From the NCBI RefSeq assembly GCF_001194135.2, contig NC_068988.1:507202-552295 (forward strand): DNA of 45,094 nucleotides. The letters run 5' to 3'. Positions 1 to 12,211 of this stretch are shown here, piece by piece. Below the pieces are notes generated by a model that had not been told where the DNA came from, made no database searches, and saw nothing but the letters and a program-made list of their open reading frames with translations. Origin of the DNA: Octopus bimaculoides (taxonomy: Eukaryota). A program made the translations under genes and the position numbers. Each line of letters begins with the position of its first letter. Position 1 is the first letter of the stretch.

Positions 1-74
1 ATATATATCCGCCTTAATAATATAATAATAGTATACGGAAAAGGTGGGATAATTACGGCAGAAAAATTGTCTGA

Positions 75-250
75 TTTGGCAAAATCATTTGCACGCTGGA
101 CGAAATACTTATCAGAGTTCAAATCCCGCCGAGGTCGACTTTGCCTTTCATCCTTTCAGTGACGATAAATTAAGTACCAGTTGCGTACTGGGGTCGGTAT
201 AATCGACTTATTCTCTCCCGCTAAATTTCTGGCCTTCGCGGACCGGATAG
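75..250 (+). mobile_element. tRNA-derived SINE, family A (core resembles Nin-domain SINEs)
   Basis: B-box-like gagttcaaatccc followed by gccgaggtcgactttgcctttcatccttt...gataaattaagtaccagttg, a core repeated many times in this window. Confidence 0.85.
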
Positions 251-516
251 GGATAATTATTAAAAAAAATCCCACTCATAATGTAAGCCGAATTAGATAA
301 ATAGGTCAAATGTACATTATAATAAGTTTATTAACAATAAAGATAGGAAAGGATAAGAGGTGTTAGCAAAGCTTGTGTGAAGTGCAGTGAAGGATAACAG
401 AGCTACATATTGCCTGTGAATGTGTGTGGAGGGTGTGTGTGTGTGTGTAGAGGGTGTGGAGTGTGTGCATTAGTGTATAAACATGCACACACACACGTGC
501 AGATATATTGAGAGAT

Positions 517-578
<62 letters not shown>

Positions 579-1149
579 TAGATAGACACATTAGTTAAGA
601 CTCTTTACAGTGAGAATGGATTTAGAAACTCTAAAAGAATGCACACAGCTGTTGAAAAGATCAATTCTTGATAGAAAGAACTTTCCCAGCTGCAAAATCT
701 TTCACAATTGCTCACTCCATTTGCACGAACATGCAAATTAAAAAGAAACAAACTTTCTTTGACTCGGGCTGAATAGATAAAGTGAAGGGGAAATAGGTCA
801 CATCTTTTAATATATGGTTTCATAAGTTTCCGTTTCATTGATTGAAATGACAAAGGAATTATCAAGGTACAATATGTTAACAAATCGGAATCAGCGTCAG
901 TCATTGCTCTCGTCTGGCTCAGACACTGAAAAGATGCGAACGATATGTATATTTACAGCATATTTCAAAACTGAAAACAAGATTTTTAAAGATATAACCT
1001 GAGCCATGGATCGGAATCAGCATTGCTATGGGTCGTATATTTAACACCCCTACTCAATATCAAGCACACACTCCGACGGAATTATTTGTAAGGTCATTAA
1101 GGTCATCGAGTGATCGAAGGTCATTAAGGTCATTGAGTCTCATGACTCA

Positions 1150-1370
1150 TAGGGCTGGTTACCCAGTTTTCATGGCACGTGATAAACACGACAGTATCCA
1201 TCTTGAACAAAACGTCAGTTCGTTGCTAGGTTACTCATTTGCAGCCGAGTGAATTGAAGCAAAGCAAAATGAAATTTTTGCTTAAGGTCACAACGCCTAG
1301 CATAAGCATTGAAACCACGATCTTGCGATCGTGAGTGCCACGCCCTCACCGCTTGGCCATGCACCTTCAC
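1150..1370 (-). mobile_element. tRNA-derived SINE, family C (CORE/V-like body)
   Basis: Minus-strand head gtgaaggtgcatggccaagcggtgagggcgtggcactcacgatcgcaagatcgtggtttcaat. The body is similar to the copies at 33860, 38640 and 41760. Confidence 0.7.
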
Positions 1371-2354
1371 GGAAATCGCTGTAAAATGATGCCATTAATT
1401 ATTGCGAATCACTCTTTTTTTTTATTTGACAAACTGGTAAATTTATTTATTGAGTGGGAGAGAAAAGAACACTTTATGTTGGAAGTGCAATAGTCTTTGA
1501 CCTTCATTGTTGTTTGCTCGTGAGCAGCAAGTTAACAACTTTTTTCTGTTATACCACTGAAAAGCTAAAGTAAATAAAGATTCTTTTAGTATGACTAACC
1601 GATAAAGGCCTCCTACTCACCATTAACAAAAGTCAACTCATAGATACTGGGTCAGGATACTGGGTCAGGAAAACCATTGATACTATGAAAGAAGAGGCTC
1701 CTATGTAACGTTGCTTATATCTACGTAACCACGTAGACATTTCAAGATAATTTTCAAATAAAAACCCTGCATTATAAAACAGCAGTTGTGTCCCTCCTTG
1801 GGTAAATATAAATGTCTTCTTTCTCTCACAAAGACAATAGGTAAATTATAACAGTATCTGACTTAGCGTAAAGTTGACCAACGTGTTTATGGGAATTTTG
1901 AAAGTTACGAAGTGCTTTACAGCATTGTGGGATGTGGTTAAGCGACTTGAAATTGTGTTTGTTAAAAAGATTCGCTTCGCAACCACGTGGTTTCAGTTTC
2001 AATCCCGAAGGTTTTTACTTATAAACTGTGCAGAAGCTCATTGTATATGCATGCCCTCTCCTCGCCCCCCACCACACTCATACACGCATATATATTTATA
2101 TTTATATAAATTATTATTAAGAAAAGGGCGACAGTTTTAACTTAGTAGTCGTCATCTGTCTGATGAAAACTAGTAAACCAACACTTCGGAGTCACTGTCA
2201 AACCTTTCCTTGTAAAAGTTTATAAATATGGTCCTTGTCTAAAAAGAATTGAGTGATCCTTCAGTTTAATGTTCAGCTATTTTTAAATATAGATTTACAA
2301 AAAACAAATATTAATATACACACACGCACGCATACATACATATAACACACACAT

Positions 2355-2385
<31 letters not shown>

Positions 2386-3174
2386 TGTATATATATAATT
2401 TTTATTTATTGATACTTTTCTCGAGATAAAGTGAGAAAATAAAAAGTTACTGAAAATAGTTTTCACATCCAAATAAGGAGAATTGATTTCTAAATTTATC
2501 AAATATGCTTAGGGAATGAGTCAGGTGATCTTTGTTTGCCGACAAGGAACGGCTAAGGACATGTTTCAGTACTTTTGGACTCATCAGTCTAATACTTCGT
2601 ACTCAGGCATGCATTTCAGTTGATAAGTTTCTGCGTTTAGGGAAAAGAGTTGCTTATATTTCTAATTCTGGTTAATTTGCATAATTAAACATAATATAGC
2701 AAAGGGAAAGAACTCAGAGAGGGCAACGACATGAATCTGGATAATTAAGTTAAAGTGAGATGTGACGAATGAATGCCATGCGTAATAAATTTTTAAGTTG
2801 TAGAAATTTAACTCAAAGTTGGAGAGGAAAAATCATCTTATAAAATCAACAATTAATCTTTGAAGTTAATTTACATCCTTGAATGTAATTTCAATAAATT
2901 AAGAATTAATTACATATAGCGTTCCATACATCACTCTTTAAATAATTATCCAAATTCATTTTATTAAGCTTGACTTATTTTTCATCAGCTCATTTTATTC
3001 TTAATTATGCAAATTACTGTGCGACAAAACATACGCGTATCTATTCTTCTGCATTTAAAAACTAATCCACTGCTTTGGAAACTTCAGTAGATTCTACTAC
3101 ATTGACGAGGTAAGTTACAACGAAACGTTTGACTGGAAACAAAGTTAAAGCTGTTCTTTTCCTAAGCAGGTAGA

Positions 3175-3360
3175 CTAGCTTCAAATGTTGGTACATGGCC
3201 AGCAATTTTGGGGGAGGAGATAAGTCAAATACATGGACTCAGTGTTTAACTAGTACTTAGTTTATCAACCCCGAAAGGATGAAAGGAGAAGTCGACCTCG
3301 GTGGAATTTGAACTCAGAATGTGAAGGCGGACGAAATGCAGCTAAATTTGTCTGGCGCGG
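3175..3360 (-). mobile_element. SINE family A
   Basis: Reverse-complement core ccccgaaaggatgaaaggagaagtcgacctcggtggaatttgaactcagaa. Confidence 0.85.
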
Positions 3361-3904
3361 TGGCTATTCTGAATTTTTGATTTTATGACATTATATTCTC
3401 TTTTTCTCTTTCTTTTTGACAATCGAAAAAAAAAGCCTTTCACAAGGATTTTGAGGTTTTAGGGAAAATTTCAATAACTTCTTCGTGTTACGATAAGAAG
3501 CAATGTATGTTCATGTCAATATATGTGCTGTGACCGCATAAAGATATAGCAGTAGCACTTGCACCCCCCTCCCACGCACCGAAAGACGGACGAAAATGCT
3601 GGTCCAACCAGCCTCATCTATTAAATGTTTTTGCGTTTTGGGAATGTAAGCAAGAAATGACAACGACCAGGATGAGTGAATTCTTTCGAAGAAATCAGGT
3701 GCTGAGACTAAAGGTGAACCGTTTTCAGTTCTGTTGAGATCGAATGTTGGCCACAAAGCCAATTCGATCTCTTGAAGTATCTTATATAACCGAAAGATGG
3801 TTGGGTATCAGATGACCACTCTGATCTTATGAGAACCGATCAAAGCTCATCACTTTCGGTTTCAAAACAGGAAACGGGTCCATCAGAAAAAGCGAGTGAA
3901 AATA

Positions 3905-3988
3905 TTCTTTTCTACTTTAGGCACAAGGTCCGAAATTTTGGGGAGGACGCCAATCGATTAGATTGCGACCACAGTACGCAACTGATAC
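3905..3988 (-). mobile_element. SINE family A, 3' part, running into an assembly gap
   Basis: ggcacaaggtccgaaattttggggagg...cagtacgcaactgatac matches the family tail. Confidence 0.7.
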
Positions 3989-4739
3989 NNNNNNNNNNNN
4001 NNNNNNNNNNNNNNNNNNNNNNNNNNNNNNNNNNNNNNNNNNNNNNNNNNNNNNNNNNNNNNNNNNNNNNNNNNNNNNNNNNNNNNNNNNNNNNNNNNNN
4101 NNNNNNNNNNNNNNNNNNNNNNNNNNNNNNNNNNNNNNNNNNNNNNNNNNNNNNNNNNNNNNNNNNNNNNNNNNNNNNNNNNNNNNNNNNNNNNNNNNNN
4201 NNNNNNNNNNNNNNNNNNNNNNNNNNNNNNNNNNNNNNNNNNNNNNNNNNNNNNNNNNNNNNNNNNNNNNNNNNNNNNNNNNNNNNNNNNNNNNNNNNNN
4301 NNNNNNNNNNNNNNNNNNNNNNNNNNNNNNNNNNNNNNNNNNNNNNNNNNNNNNNNNNNNNNNNNNNNNNNNNNNNNNNNNNNNNNNNNNNNNNNNNNNN
4401 NNNNNNNNNNNNNNNNNNNNNNNNNNNNNNNNNNNNNNNNNNNNNNNNNNNNNNNNNNNNNNNNNNNNNNNNNNNNNNNNNNNNNNNNNNNNNNNNNNNN
4501 NNNNNNNNNNNNNNNNNNNNNNNNNNNNNNNNNNNNNNNNNNNNNNNNNNNNNNNNNNNNNNNNNNNNNNNNNNNNNNNNNNNNNNNNNNNNNNNNNNNN
4601 NNNNNNNNNNNNNNNNNNNNNNNNNNNNNNNNNNNNNNNNNNNNNNNNNNNNNNNNNNNNNNNNNNNNNNNNNNNNNNNNNNNNNNNNNNNNNNNNNNNN
4701 NNNNNNNNNNNNNNNNNNNNNNNNNNNNNNNNNNNNNNN

Positions 4740-4788
<49 letters not shown>

Positions 4789-5750
4789 TTCCTTCTTTTC
4801 TTCTTTGATATTTTCTCTATCTCTCGAAAATCAATTATTTTATTCAAGACGAATTCACCGTTGAGGAGGAATTTTTCACTATTCCTCTCTTGATAAATTT
4901 TCGCATCTTTACAGTCTTTTCGGAAACTATTGTGACTTGTATCTAACTGCGCTGTTAACCCAGTTTTAATTACCAACTGATTAATTAAAAGTCCTCGTGT
5001 TGCTAAAACTCACGTACAAAACACGGTCCCAACAACATTTCATTTCGTATTCTTTAAAGGTTGCATGTCTAATAATAAATTGTATTTATTGCTGACATTG
5101 GTGCCGCCTGGAGCTGTTGAAGTAGTCTTATGTGGGTCGTACGATATTAGCTATCAACTTCGTTCGCAATCTGACCTTATTGTGCAAAACTGAAAAATTA
5201 TATACAACTTTGTTATAAAACAATATAAATATTTGAATGCGTTGTAATTGATATGACGTTTGTAAGCGAAAAATATTAACGAACTGGTCAGGGGTTATTT
5301 ACTGAACACAGAAAAAATAATGGTAGATAAGAGTTAACACTGCGACTGCTCCTTAACATTTACGAAAGCTACGAGTCATTGCACATATTTTAACAGTTTT
5401 TACAATTCTTCGACACCAAGCTTTTTTTTATTGTTGTTGTTGTTGTTGTTGTTTTGGTTGCTCAGCACTACAATTGGCTCTGAACAACAACCAGATTTAT
5501 GACCAAATTCTCTCCTGCCAAGACCACCCAAAATTTTTCCCCGGCAACAATATTCGCTATTAAATATGGTAGCTCGTAATTTGGAGAGAAGTTGATTGCC
5601 AATTCTAGCTGACTGTCTTAGGCTCGTCAACATTCAAGATTTCATTGATGATACGTTTATGAAACCACGGGATATTTACAAAAGTCTGTTATTTCTTCAA
5701 TATAAAATAACAAAGAAAATAGTTTCGACACTGTTTCGATTTTTCCTTAC

Positions 5751-5973
5751 CTTTTTCGCTCTGTTGAAAGTTAATTTTGCCATTCTTCCGTTTGTACTTT
5801 TGTAGTAAAAGTCAACTGTTTTTGTATCCCCGTTTAGTCTAACGCCGAGTTGCGGCCGGTTATTTGGATCTACGATTTTGAGTAAATTCCATCTAGCTTT
5901 CCGTGTTGGCCCTCTCATCATGAAAGTGCTGATTAATGAGAACTGTTCTGGTAATCCCTTTGGAAATAAGGCA
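5751..5973 (-). CDS. Exon encoding the TSPN/LamG core of a FACIT-like collagen: ALFPKGLPEQFSLISTFMMRGPTRKARWNLLKIVDPNNRPQLGVRLNGDTKTVDFYYKSTNGRMAKLTFNRAKK
   Basis: Acceptor tttttttctgcag| at 5974 and donor aag|gtaagg at 5750. The exon is 223 nt (phase 2 in, phase 0 out). It carries the LFPxGLPxxFSxxxTF and WxLxxIxDxxxxPQxGVxLNGxxKxVxFxY motifs typical of COL9/12/14/21/22 TSPN domains. Confidence 0.92.
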
Positions 5974-6408
5974 CTGCAGAAAAAAATGAGTAAAGATGAA
6001 AAAAAAGAAAGGAGCAGTTAGTAAGCAGAAAAATCATTGTAAAATCGTTATTTGATCCGTGAACAATAACAGCAAGGGGAGGTTATCTTGTGAAGAAGAA
6101 GTAAGATGATGAAGTATTAAAGATATTGTGAAAGAAAAAGGTTTTGTTATAGGAGAGAAAAAAAAAAGAAAACGAGAGGAAGGGAGAATGAGAGAGAGAG
6201 AGAAAGCAAACAGATATAAAACTGATATGGAATACAATTTTATGAAAAGTCATTGCATTTTTTTCATACGTTATTGTCAGCTTTTCAACCAAATTGTAAT
6301 CACACCAGAGCTTAAATAAATATTTGGTTATATTCTGCCGATTGTGATTTTAGTCGTTTTTGTAATTCTATACAAAACACAGTAAATGATATCGGACAAA
6401 TGCAGCCA

Positions 6409-6434
6409 TTAGGGTTAGGATTAGGGTTAGGGTT
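6409..6434 (+). repeat. Interstitial telomere-type repeat (TTAGGG)x4 with one variant unit
   Basis: ttaggg ttagga ttaggg ttaggg tt, inside the intron between the two TSPN exons. Confidence 0.9.
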
Positions 6435-6748
6435 TTATTTCCCGGAAATACTTTCATTTTTTTTACTGAAATAGGGACTCGTGATTGGAAAATAAATGGC
6501 AATTCTTATGTGATATTGTTGGCAGTTCTTGAATTCAATACTAACTTACAGATAGATTATTTCACTAACTGGATTATATCAGCCTAGCGAGAAACATCAA
6601 TCAAACGGATTTGAAAACGGATATGTTGTTTGGCAGAAGATATTGAAAAGGAACAGACTAATGTGAAAACTAATAGAAAGACAATTATATCGTTTATAGA
6701 CAGTTATATCATGGAACTGAGCAGGAATATGAAGTGAGAAACAAATAC

Positions 6749-6881
6749 CTTGTGGGAATACGTAAATTTGACCCTTCTGTTATTTTATAAGCCACCTGTA
6801 GAGCGTTGCTACCCCGCGTTTGATGTACACCTGGGATATTTGTTCTTGTGTCTAATTCATATGTAGATATAAAATCGAATG
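6749..6881 (-). CDS. Exon encoding the start of a TSPN/LamG domain of a FACIT-like collagen: (A)FDFISTYELDTRTNIPGVHQTRGSNALQVAYKITEGSNLRIPT(S)
   Basis: Acceptor tatatttttcag| at 6882 and donor ag|gtattt at 6748. The exon is 133 nt (phase 1 in, phase 2 out). It matches the TSPN start pattern xFDxx...G...AYxx...LxxPT and splices in frame to the 5973-5751 exon. Confidence 0.9.
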
Positions 6882-9164
6882 CTGAAAAATATACAAAGGA
6901 AAACATTGTAAGATAGAACTATAAAACAATTATTTGTGATATATTGATAGAAAGTTTATCAAAAGACAAGATGAAAGAACCTTTGAGAGGTGTGTAAAAG
7001 GAGAAACTAAAGAAAGAGAGAGGGGAAGAAAAAGAGAGGGAGGGAGGGAGAGAGAGAGAGAGAAAGATATAAGATTTGGTCTTAATTAGAAATTTTATTA
7101 ATGAATCTCGCTATCAATTAACATAAAACTGTTATAAGGTCGATATTATTGTTTTACATTCATAATCTGTTTCTTTTCTTTACCTTTCTTTTTTCATCAT
7201 CGAATGAGAGCAGGAAGAAGTGTAGCCATGAGGTTTTTAATGGATTCCGACACTGACGATCGAAAGGAAGAGAGTCATCTCTACACCAGAAACCAGGCAT
7301 GAATGTTTGTAACAAAGTATATTTCCGCAAAGTCAGTTGGTGTTGAAACTGGGTCACGTTTTGACGCAATCTCCGCAACCATTAGCATTACTTTGGTTCA
7401 GGTAAACTTATTTTGGAGATTTAAATAAAAGATGGACTCGATTAAAATGTTTTGTTGTTACTTATCTACATCTACGGGAATTGAGCTCAGAAATAATCAT
7501 AACCGAAATGGTGTAGGAATCAAGTTTATAGAGAATTCCTGGCAACTCATCACTCTTGGAATCCTTGGTGTTGGTTCCATTTATCACAAAAGTGCCAAAT
7601 GATGGAAAACGATCGAGTCTGCTTTTAAATATGGTCGTCTGGTTTTTGTTCTTTCGAAACTCTACAAGGATTTAATTGTAGAGAAACGAGACTAAAATGC
7701 ATATTATGTTTGGGGATTTGATAATTTATTCAGGGGTTAATTCTTTTCTCTTTTTTTTCAAAACACCGGCGAGAAACCAAAGATATAAATATTCTTAAGA
7801 CATAGTCCCTGGCATCGAATTAGACATTCTCTTTTCACTTGACAGAATACGTAACGTGAAACAGTGACTGACCAACTGGACACCCACAGCTATTGGCACT
7901 ATCGTTCCAAAATTGCTTCATGAAATAAATGAATTTATAAACTTTGAAACTTTAAACTCTTCATATATGTTGAAACACTGAGCAGTTCTTTATTAATTTT
8001 TTTTCCTTTTAAACTCCGTTGACAAAACGTAAGCAAAAAGACGAAAAGAGGATTTCCATGGTAGACCTATGTCTTTTAGCTTTCATCTGTATCACGTATT
8101 TTAGTTCTTATAAGGCGTATACTATTTGAAGTCTAAAAGATTTTTTGCTTTGTAGCAATATCACCAGCAGATTTCAAAAGCCATTTCTTGTGATCACTCA
8201 TCTCACCCCTGCACATCCCTCGCACCATCATTGTTGCTTCTGCCATTTCTGTAATAACATGTCCGACAACGAAAACATCAGCATTAACAGAAAATAACAC
8301 CCATCTTCGCCAACACCATGGTTTCTACAACCATCACGCGTCTGACTCCTATCAACAGCCTGTATGTGTTATATTTTACATGCTGGTGGAATAAATTAAA
8401 AAAGCTCATGGTTGGCTGATCACACAAACAACATTTCGCATGATATTATACATGCTGCCTGCGTCATAGAAATAATGTGTCGTCGGCTGATTAATGAACA
8501 ACATAACAAAAAAAAACAAAGGAAAGAAAAAAAGGAATTTCTCGTTGAAGTTTGACATATTTTTAACTGAACAGTTTTAGGTTGGACATTAACACATAAC
8601 TTCAACGAACTCATATTTATGGCATACACACATACATACATACATACATATATTTGATGAAGGCCAAAGAATATATCGATTGAAGTCGCTAACGTTAATA
8701 AAGGCACAAAGGTAATTAGTCTACAAGAAACAAGGAAACGTAATCCTTGATACTCTGTCTATTAAACCTGGTGACATATTTCTATGTCTTTTGAGTTGGT
8801 GTATTGATACCGTAGTTTAGAAACAGGAAGTGTGATGTTGATATCTTTAATGATATAAATTAAATATCATGGCTTCGCACAAGCGCTATGTGTCAACTAA
8901 CTAGAAGCTTACCTCTTGGTCTTTGATACTCGTTTCAGGGTTACTATTATTTGCAACAACAACTACTCTGACTTAAAACACTGTTTTTCGTTTGTGTTTA
9001 TCTTCGCACCAGAATCAAAAGTTCGGTTGATCACCGGACGTAAAATATAAATTAAATCTAATTATTTCAATCTCAGCATTTTATGGTAAAAGAGATGAAT
9101 GAGTTTGAGAGTTTTTAAACAGAAATAGTAAAGTCATTGTACTTCGTTAAGGGACAATGATCTG

Positions 9165-9550
9165 CTAAGTTCATCTCATTTCATCTTCTTCGCTCACTTA
9201 ATCCTGGGATGGTCACGAGGTTAGAGTTTTGAAGTATGTCCTCCTCCGGGTCCTGTCAGAAGCGACCATCTCCAATCGATCTGACTTGATCTCCAAGCAT
9301 GACCAACTGAGTTCATGGATGTTATCCAACCATCTTGCTCGTGGTCTACCCCCAGGATCTTCTGCCTGTAATCCTGCCCAGCCATTCTTTCCCGAGACAT
9401 TCTTACCACATGGCCATTGTATCGGAGCTGTGATCTCTCAATTCGGTGAAGTAGCATCTCTTCTTGGAGCGCATCTCTGATCTTCGAGTTATGCACTTTG
9501 TCGAGTAATGTTACTCCACAGACTGTTCACAGGAGTTCCTGTTCTTTCTG
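9165..9550 (-). mobile_element. 5'-truncated RTE-clade LINE, ORF C-terminus and tail (frameshifted)
   Basis: CGVTLLDKVHNSKIRDALQEEMLLHRIERSQLRYNGHVVRMSRER, then in a shifted frame GRRSWGRPRARWLDNI. This is the typical RTE C-terminal pattern, followed by a short repetitive tail. Confidence 0.85.
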
Positions 9551-12065
9551 TCGTTACCCAAGATTCAAGTTTTAAATATTGGAAGTAAAATACGAGTTAC
9601 GTTAATAAGGTTTATACTTAAGGGACTTCATGTCCGAGATATAAAGAAAACGCCCGTTAATTCTGAAATTATCACGGTCGTTCTGGTATCATGTGATTTT
9701 TCTTCTTCATTTTTTAGGTTTAATGTAAAAAAATAAGCCAAATTTTCAGCTCTCAAAAACTCCATAACATTAATATTCAAATATAGCTAAATTATTTTAA
9801 TGAAGCCGCTAATTTCCTCTTAATAATACTTAGATTGTAGTATTTGTAATGCCCGCGTGAAAGACTTCCATCCGAAACTTCCTGTTCAACTAGTGTAACT
9901 CATAAGTGTTTTATTAGTTTACCCCGGTAAATTTCAGTCCTCTCATAGGAAATCGATATTCCTAGCCATAAATAATGTAGTTCGATAATTGAACTCCATA
10001 ATAGCATGAATAAGCTAGTTATCTAGTTTATTTGTTGGAGAATGTTTATGTGTGAGCTGATGTACTCTAGAATCAGCATTGAAAGACTTTGCTGGGATAA
10101 GCGTAAAACAGAGGAATAAAATACACTTACGCAGAAAAAAAAAAAAGACATTCGCAATTTAGAAAGATGGCTCAATTTTGTTTGAAGAGTTCAAAGTATT
10201 TTTTAACAGGGAAACGTTATCGAAAATAACATGGAATAAGTTGTGAATGACTGTTGATGATTTTTGTTTTATCACTGCTATAGTTCTAAGGTCACATAGA
10301 AGTGACACCTTAATGGAGTTGCTTTCACGTCTCAATTGTGAGTTCCAGGAGAGTTTTTAATTCTTGGCATGCACGCTTTTGTTTTGATTCTGCCCTTGTT
10401 AACGCTAGAGTTTTCTTGTCAAATCCTTTCCCACCACCGGACCCCGAAAGTGTTAATCCGCCAGAATAAGAAAAGCAAGTCTAGTTTTCTTTTTTTCTTT
10501 TGATTACTTTTTTAATAAAATAATAACTCGGTGTCATATTTGTTGTCGGTTCTGTGACATTAGGACAGGTTTACGAGTTTAGATATACTGATGCCACATA
10601 CGTAGAAATAATGTTGTTTTTAATTTCCTCTCGGATTCCTTTAACTATAATTACATCTAGTAAAGTAAAAGAAGGGGTTTTCAGTCGAAATATAAAGAAA
10701 ATATTGCGAGTGAAATGCCACGACGGCTTTTGCAGTAGAAGACAAACCGTTCTATTTTGTAACTGAAGATCATCTCATATATCATCACTAATTTAATAAA
10801 ATTATATTTTTAGTAAACAAATATTCTAAATTTATTAATGGCTTATGCCTCCTTAGTAGCTAACAGCTAATACTTAAATGCGATATAATGCGCCGTAACG
10901 AAAGCGTTGAATCCAGTTGCGGTTTGCGGTTGATATTAATTTTTTTATGTTGGTTATTTGGTGGCATTCCTGAAGATCTCCGATATCGTGTTCCGTATTT
11001 AGGTATGAGGCATTTTATAAAACTACTGTGGAATAACCACTGTACACAAAAGCTACAGTAGTTACTTTTCGTATGTGGAACATAACAATGAGCAATCTCA
11101 ACAAACTTGTCGACATGCTACAGATTCAAGTGCCAAATTTATTTTGGCAAGACCAAGATTGGAAAATAAACTTGATGCCAATATGTAAATAGTTATTAGA
11201 TATTTTTAAGAGCTTATAAATCACTTACAAAGTATAATATATTTAAAAACTGGATAACGTTTACGAGAGACCGGAGACTTGTCAAAATATTTATGTTGTG
11301 AAACTTGTTGAAAATCAAATAAATACTTCCACATATATTCTGACAGAAAAAAGAGCAAATAGTTCCAAATTCATTTCTATACACTGGTTGTGGTAAAAGG
11401 GAGTATTCCCTTGTATTTCTCTTAAAAATATATTCCCCATGGGAGAATATCATCTGAACTGGTATTTTGATCTAAAAACGATGCAAGTTAAAATGGAAGA
11501 TCAGAATAGACAACTCGGTACGTATAATGACGTGTACAGAGTACAAGGATTGTGGATTCTGGTATTCTAATACTTTATGAATGTTATTCTAACATGTATA
11601 GCAAATAGGCTCCATCGATGAGGACAAACTCAGTGCCGGAGCTGTATCGAAGCAGCAGTACAAGACTTGGGAATATCGTATGGAAAAGTATCTACGTAAA
11701 TATCGTTTAACAAAATAGATTAAGAACTAATCTAGGAATTTAAGACGAACAGAAATGTAAGGAAATAAAATGATTGTATTGATGTGTAGATAGATTTTAT
11801 TTCCTTTCTATGGATTTATGTGGCTTTAAAGAATGATATGTTAAGAGAGATTTTCATAAAGTGTAAAATGGATAAGCCGAGCTGAAAATAGTAATTAACG
11901 AAAAAGTGTGGCTCTACCTGGTATGTCGTCATATGCTCCTAAATTCTCTGGACATACTTCATCTGTTTGTTCAAAAACTTCTGAAAATAGAAATGGTAAT
12001 ACGGGTATTAGTATAAGAATTAGTATAGATATTAACGGAACTGTCACCCCCCCTCTCTCTCTCTT

Positions 12066-12115
<50 letters not shown>

Positions 12116-12139
12116 CATCTCTATATATTTATGCATATA

Positions 12140-12211
12140 TATTTATGTGTGTATGTGCATGGTGAATCACCAAGCTATCAGGACATAAACAAACCAACAA
12201 CAGTTGTCAAG
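12140..12211 (-). mobile_element. SINE family B fragment entering a gap
   Basis: ggacataaacaaaccaacaacagttgtcaag is the reverse complement of the family B 3' body. The (CA)n after the gap fits the family's internal microsatellite. Confidence 0.55.

Noticed and set aside
605-904. Minus 99-aa ORF, and a plus-strand acceptor at 610 followed by RMDLETLKECTQLLKRS...HAN*
   Set aside because: No recognisable domain and no partner exons, so it cannot be supported.
884-1140. Short direct repeats (atcggaatcagc twice, aaggtcattaaggtcat twice) and an 8-bp inverted repeat tggctcag/ctgagcca; also a 13-bp duplication at 1643-1668
   Set aside because: They are too short to define an element and are consistent with ordinary slippage duplications.
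3088-3109. Plus-strand cag|tagattctactacattgacgag|gtaagt micro-exon
   Set aside because: Isolated splice-like motifs are expected by chance, and there is no supporting plus-strand gene.
3511-3790. Minus-strand ORF ending LIDEAGWTSIFVRLSVRGRGVQVLLLY as the next TSPN exon
   Set aside because: It has only a superficial likeness to LFD.GWH. The WH, LYVDC and spacing are missing, and I found no good acceptor at the needed position.
3829-4976. Long ORFs (250-354 aa) here and at 12131-13050, 15744-16669, 24697-25317, 30225-30667 and 35335-35802
   Set aside because: They are open only because they run through N-gaps and dinucleotide repeats.
7160-7660. Open frames at 7184-7378 (with an aag|gtaaag donor) and about 7500-7660 just upstream of the TSPN exon
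   Set aside because: The phase-1 frame needed to join 6881 is closed by TGA, the acceptors are weak and there is no vWA or collagen motif.
10330-10475. Minus open frame SGSGGGKGFDKKTLALTRAESKQKRACQELKTLLEL
   Set aside because: The upstream sequence is purine-rich with no acceptor, and I recognised no homology.
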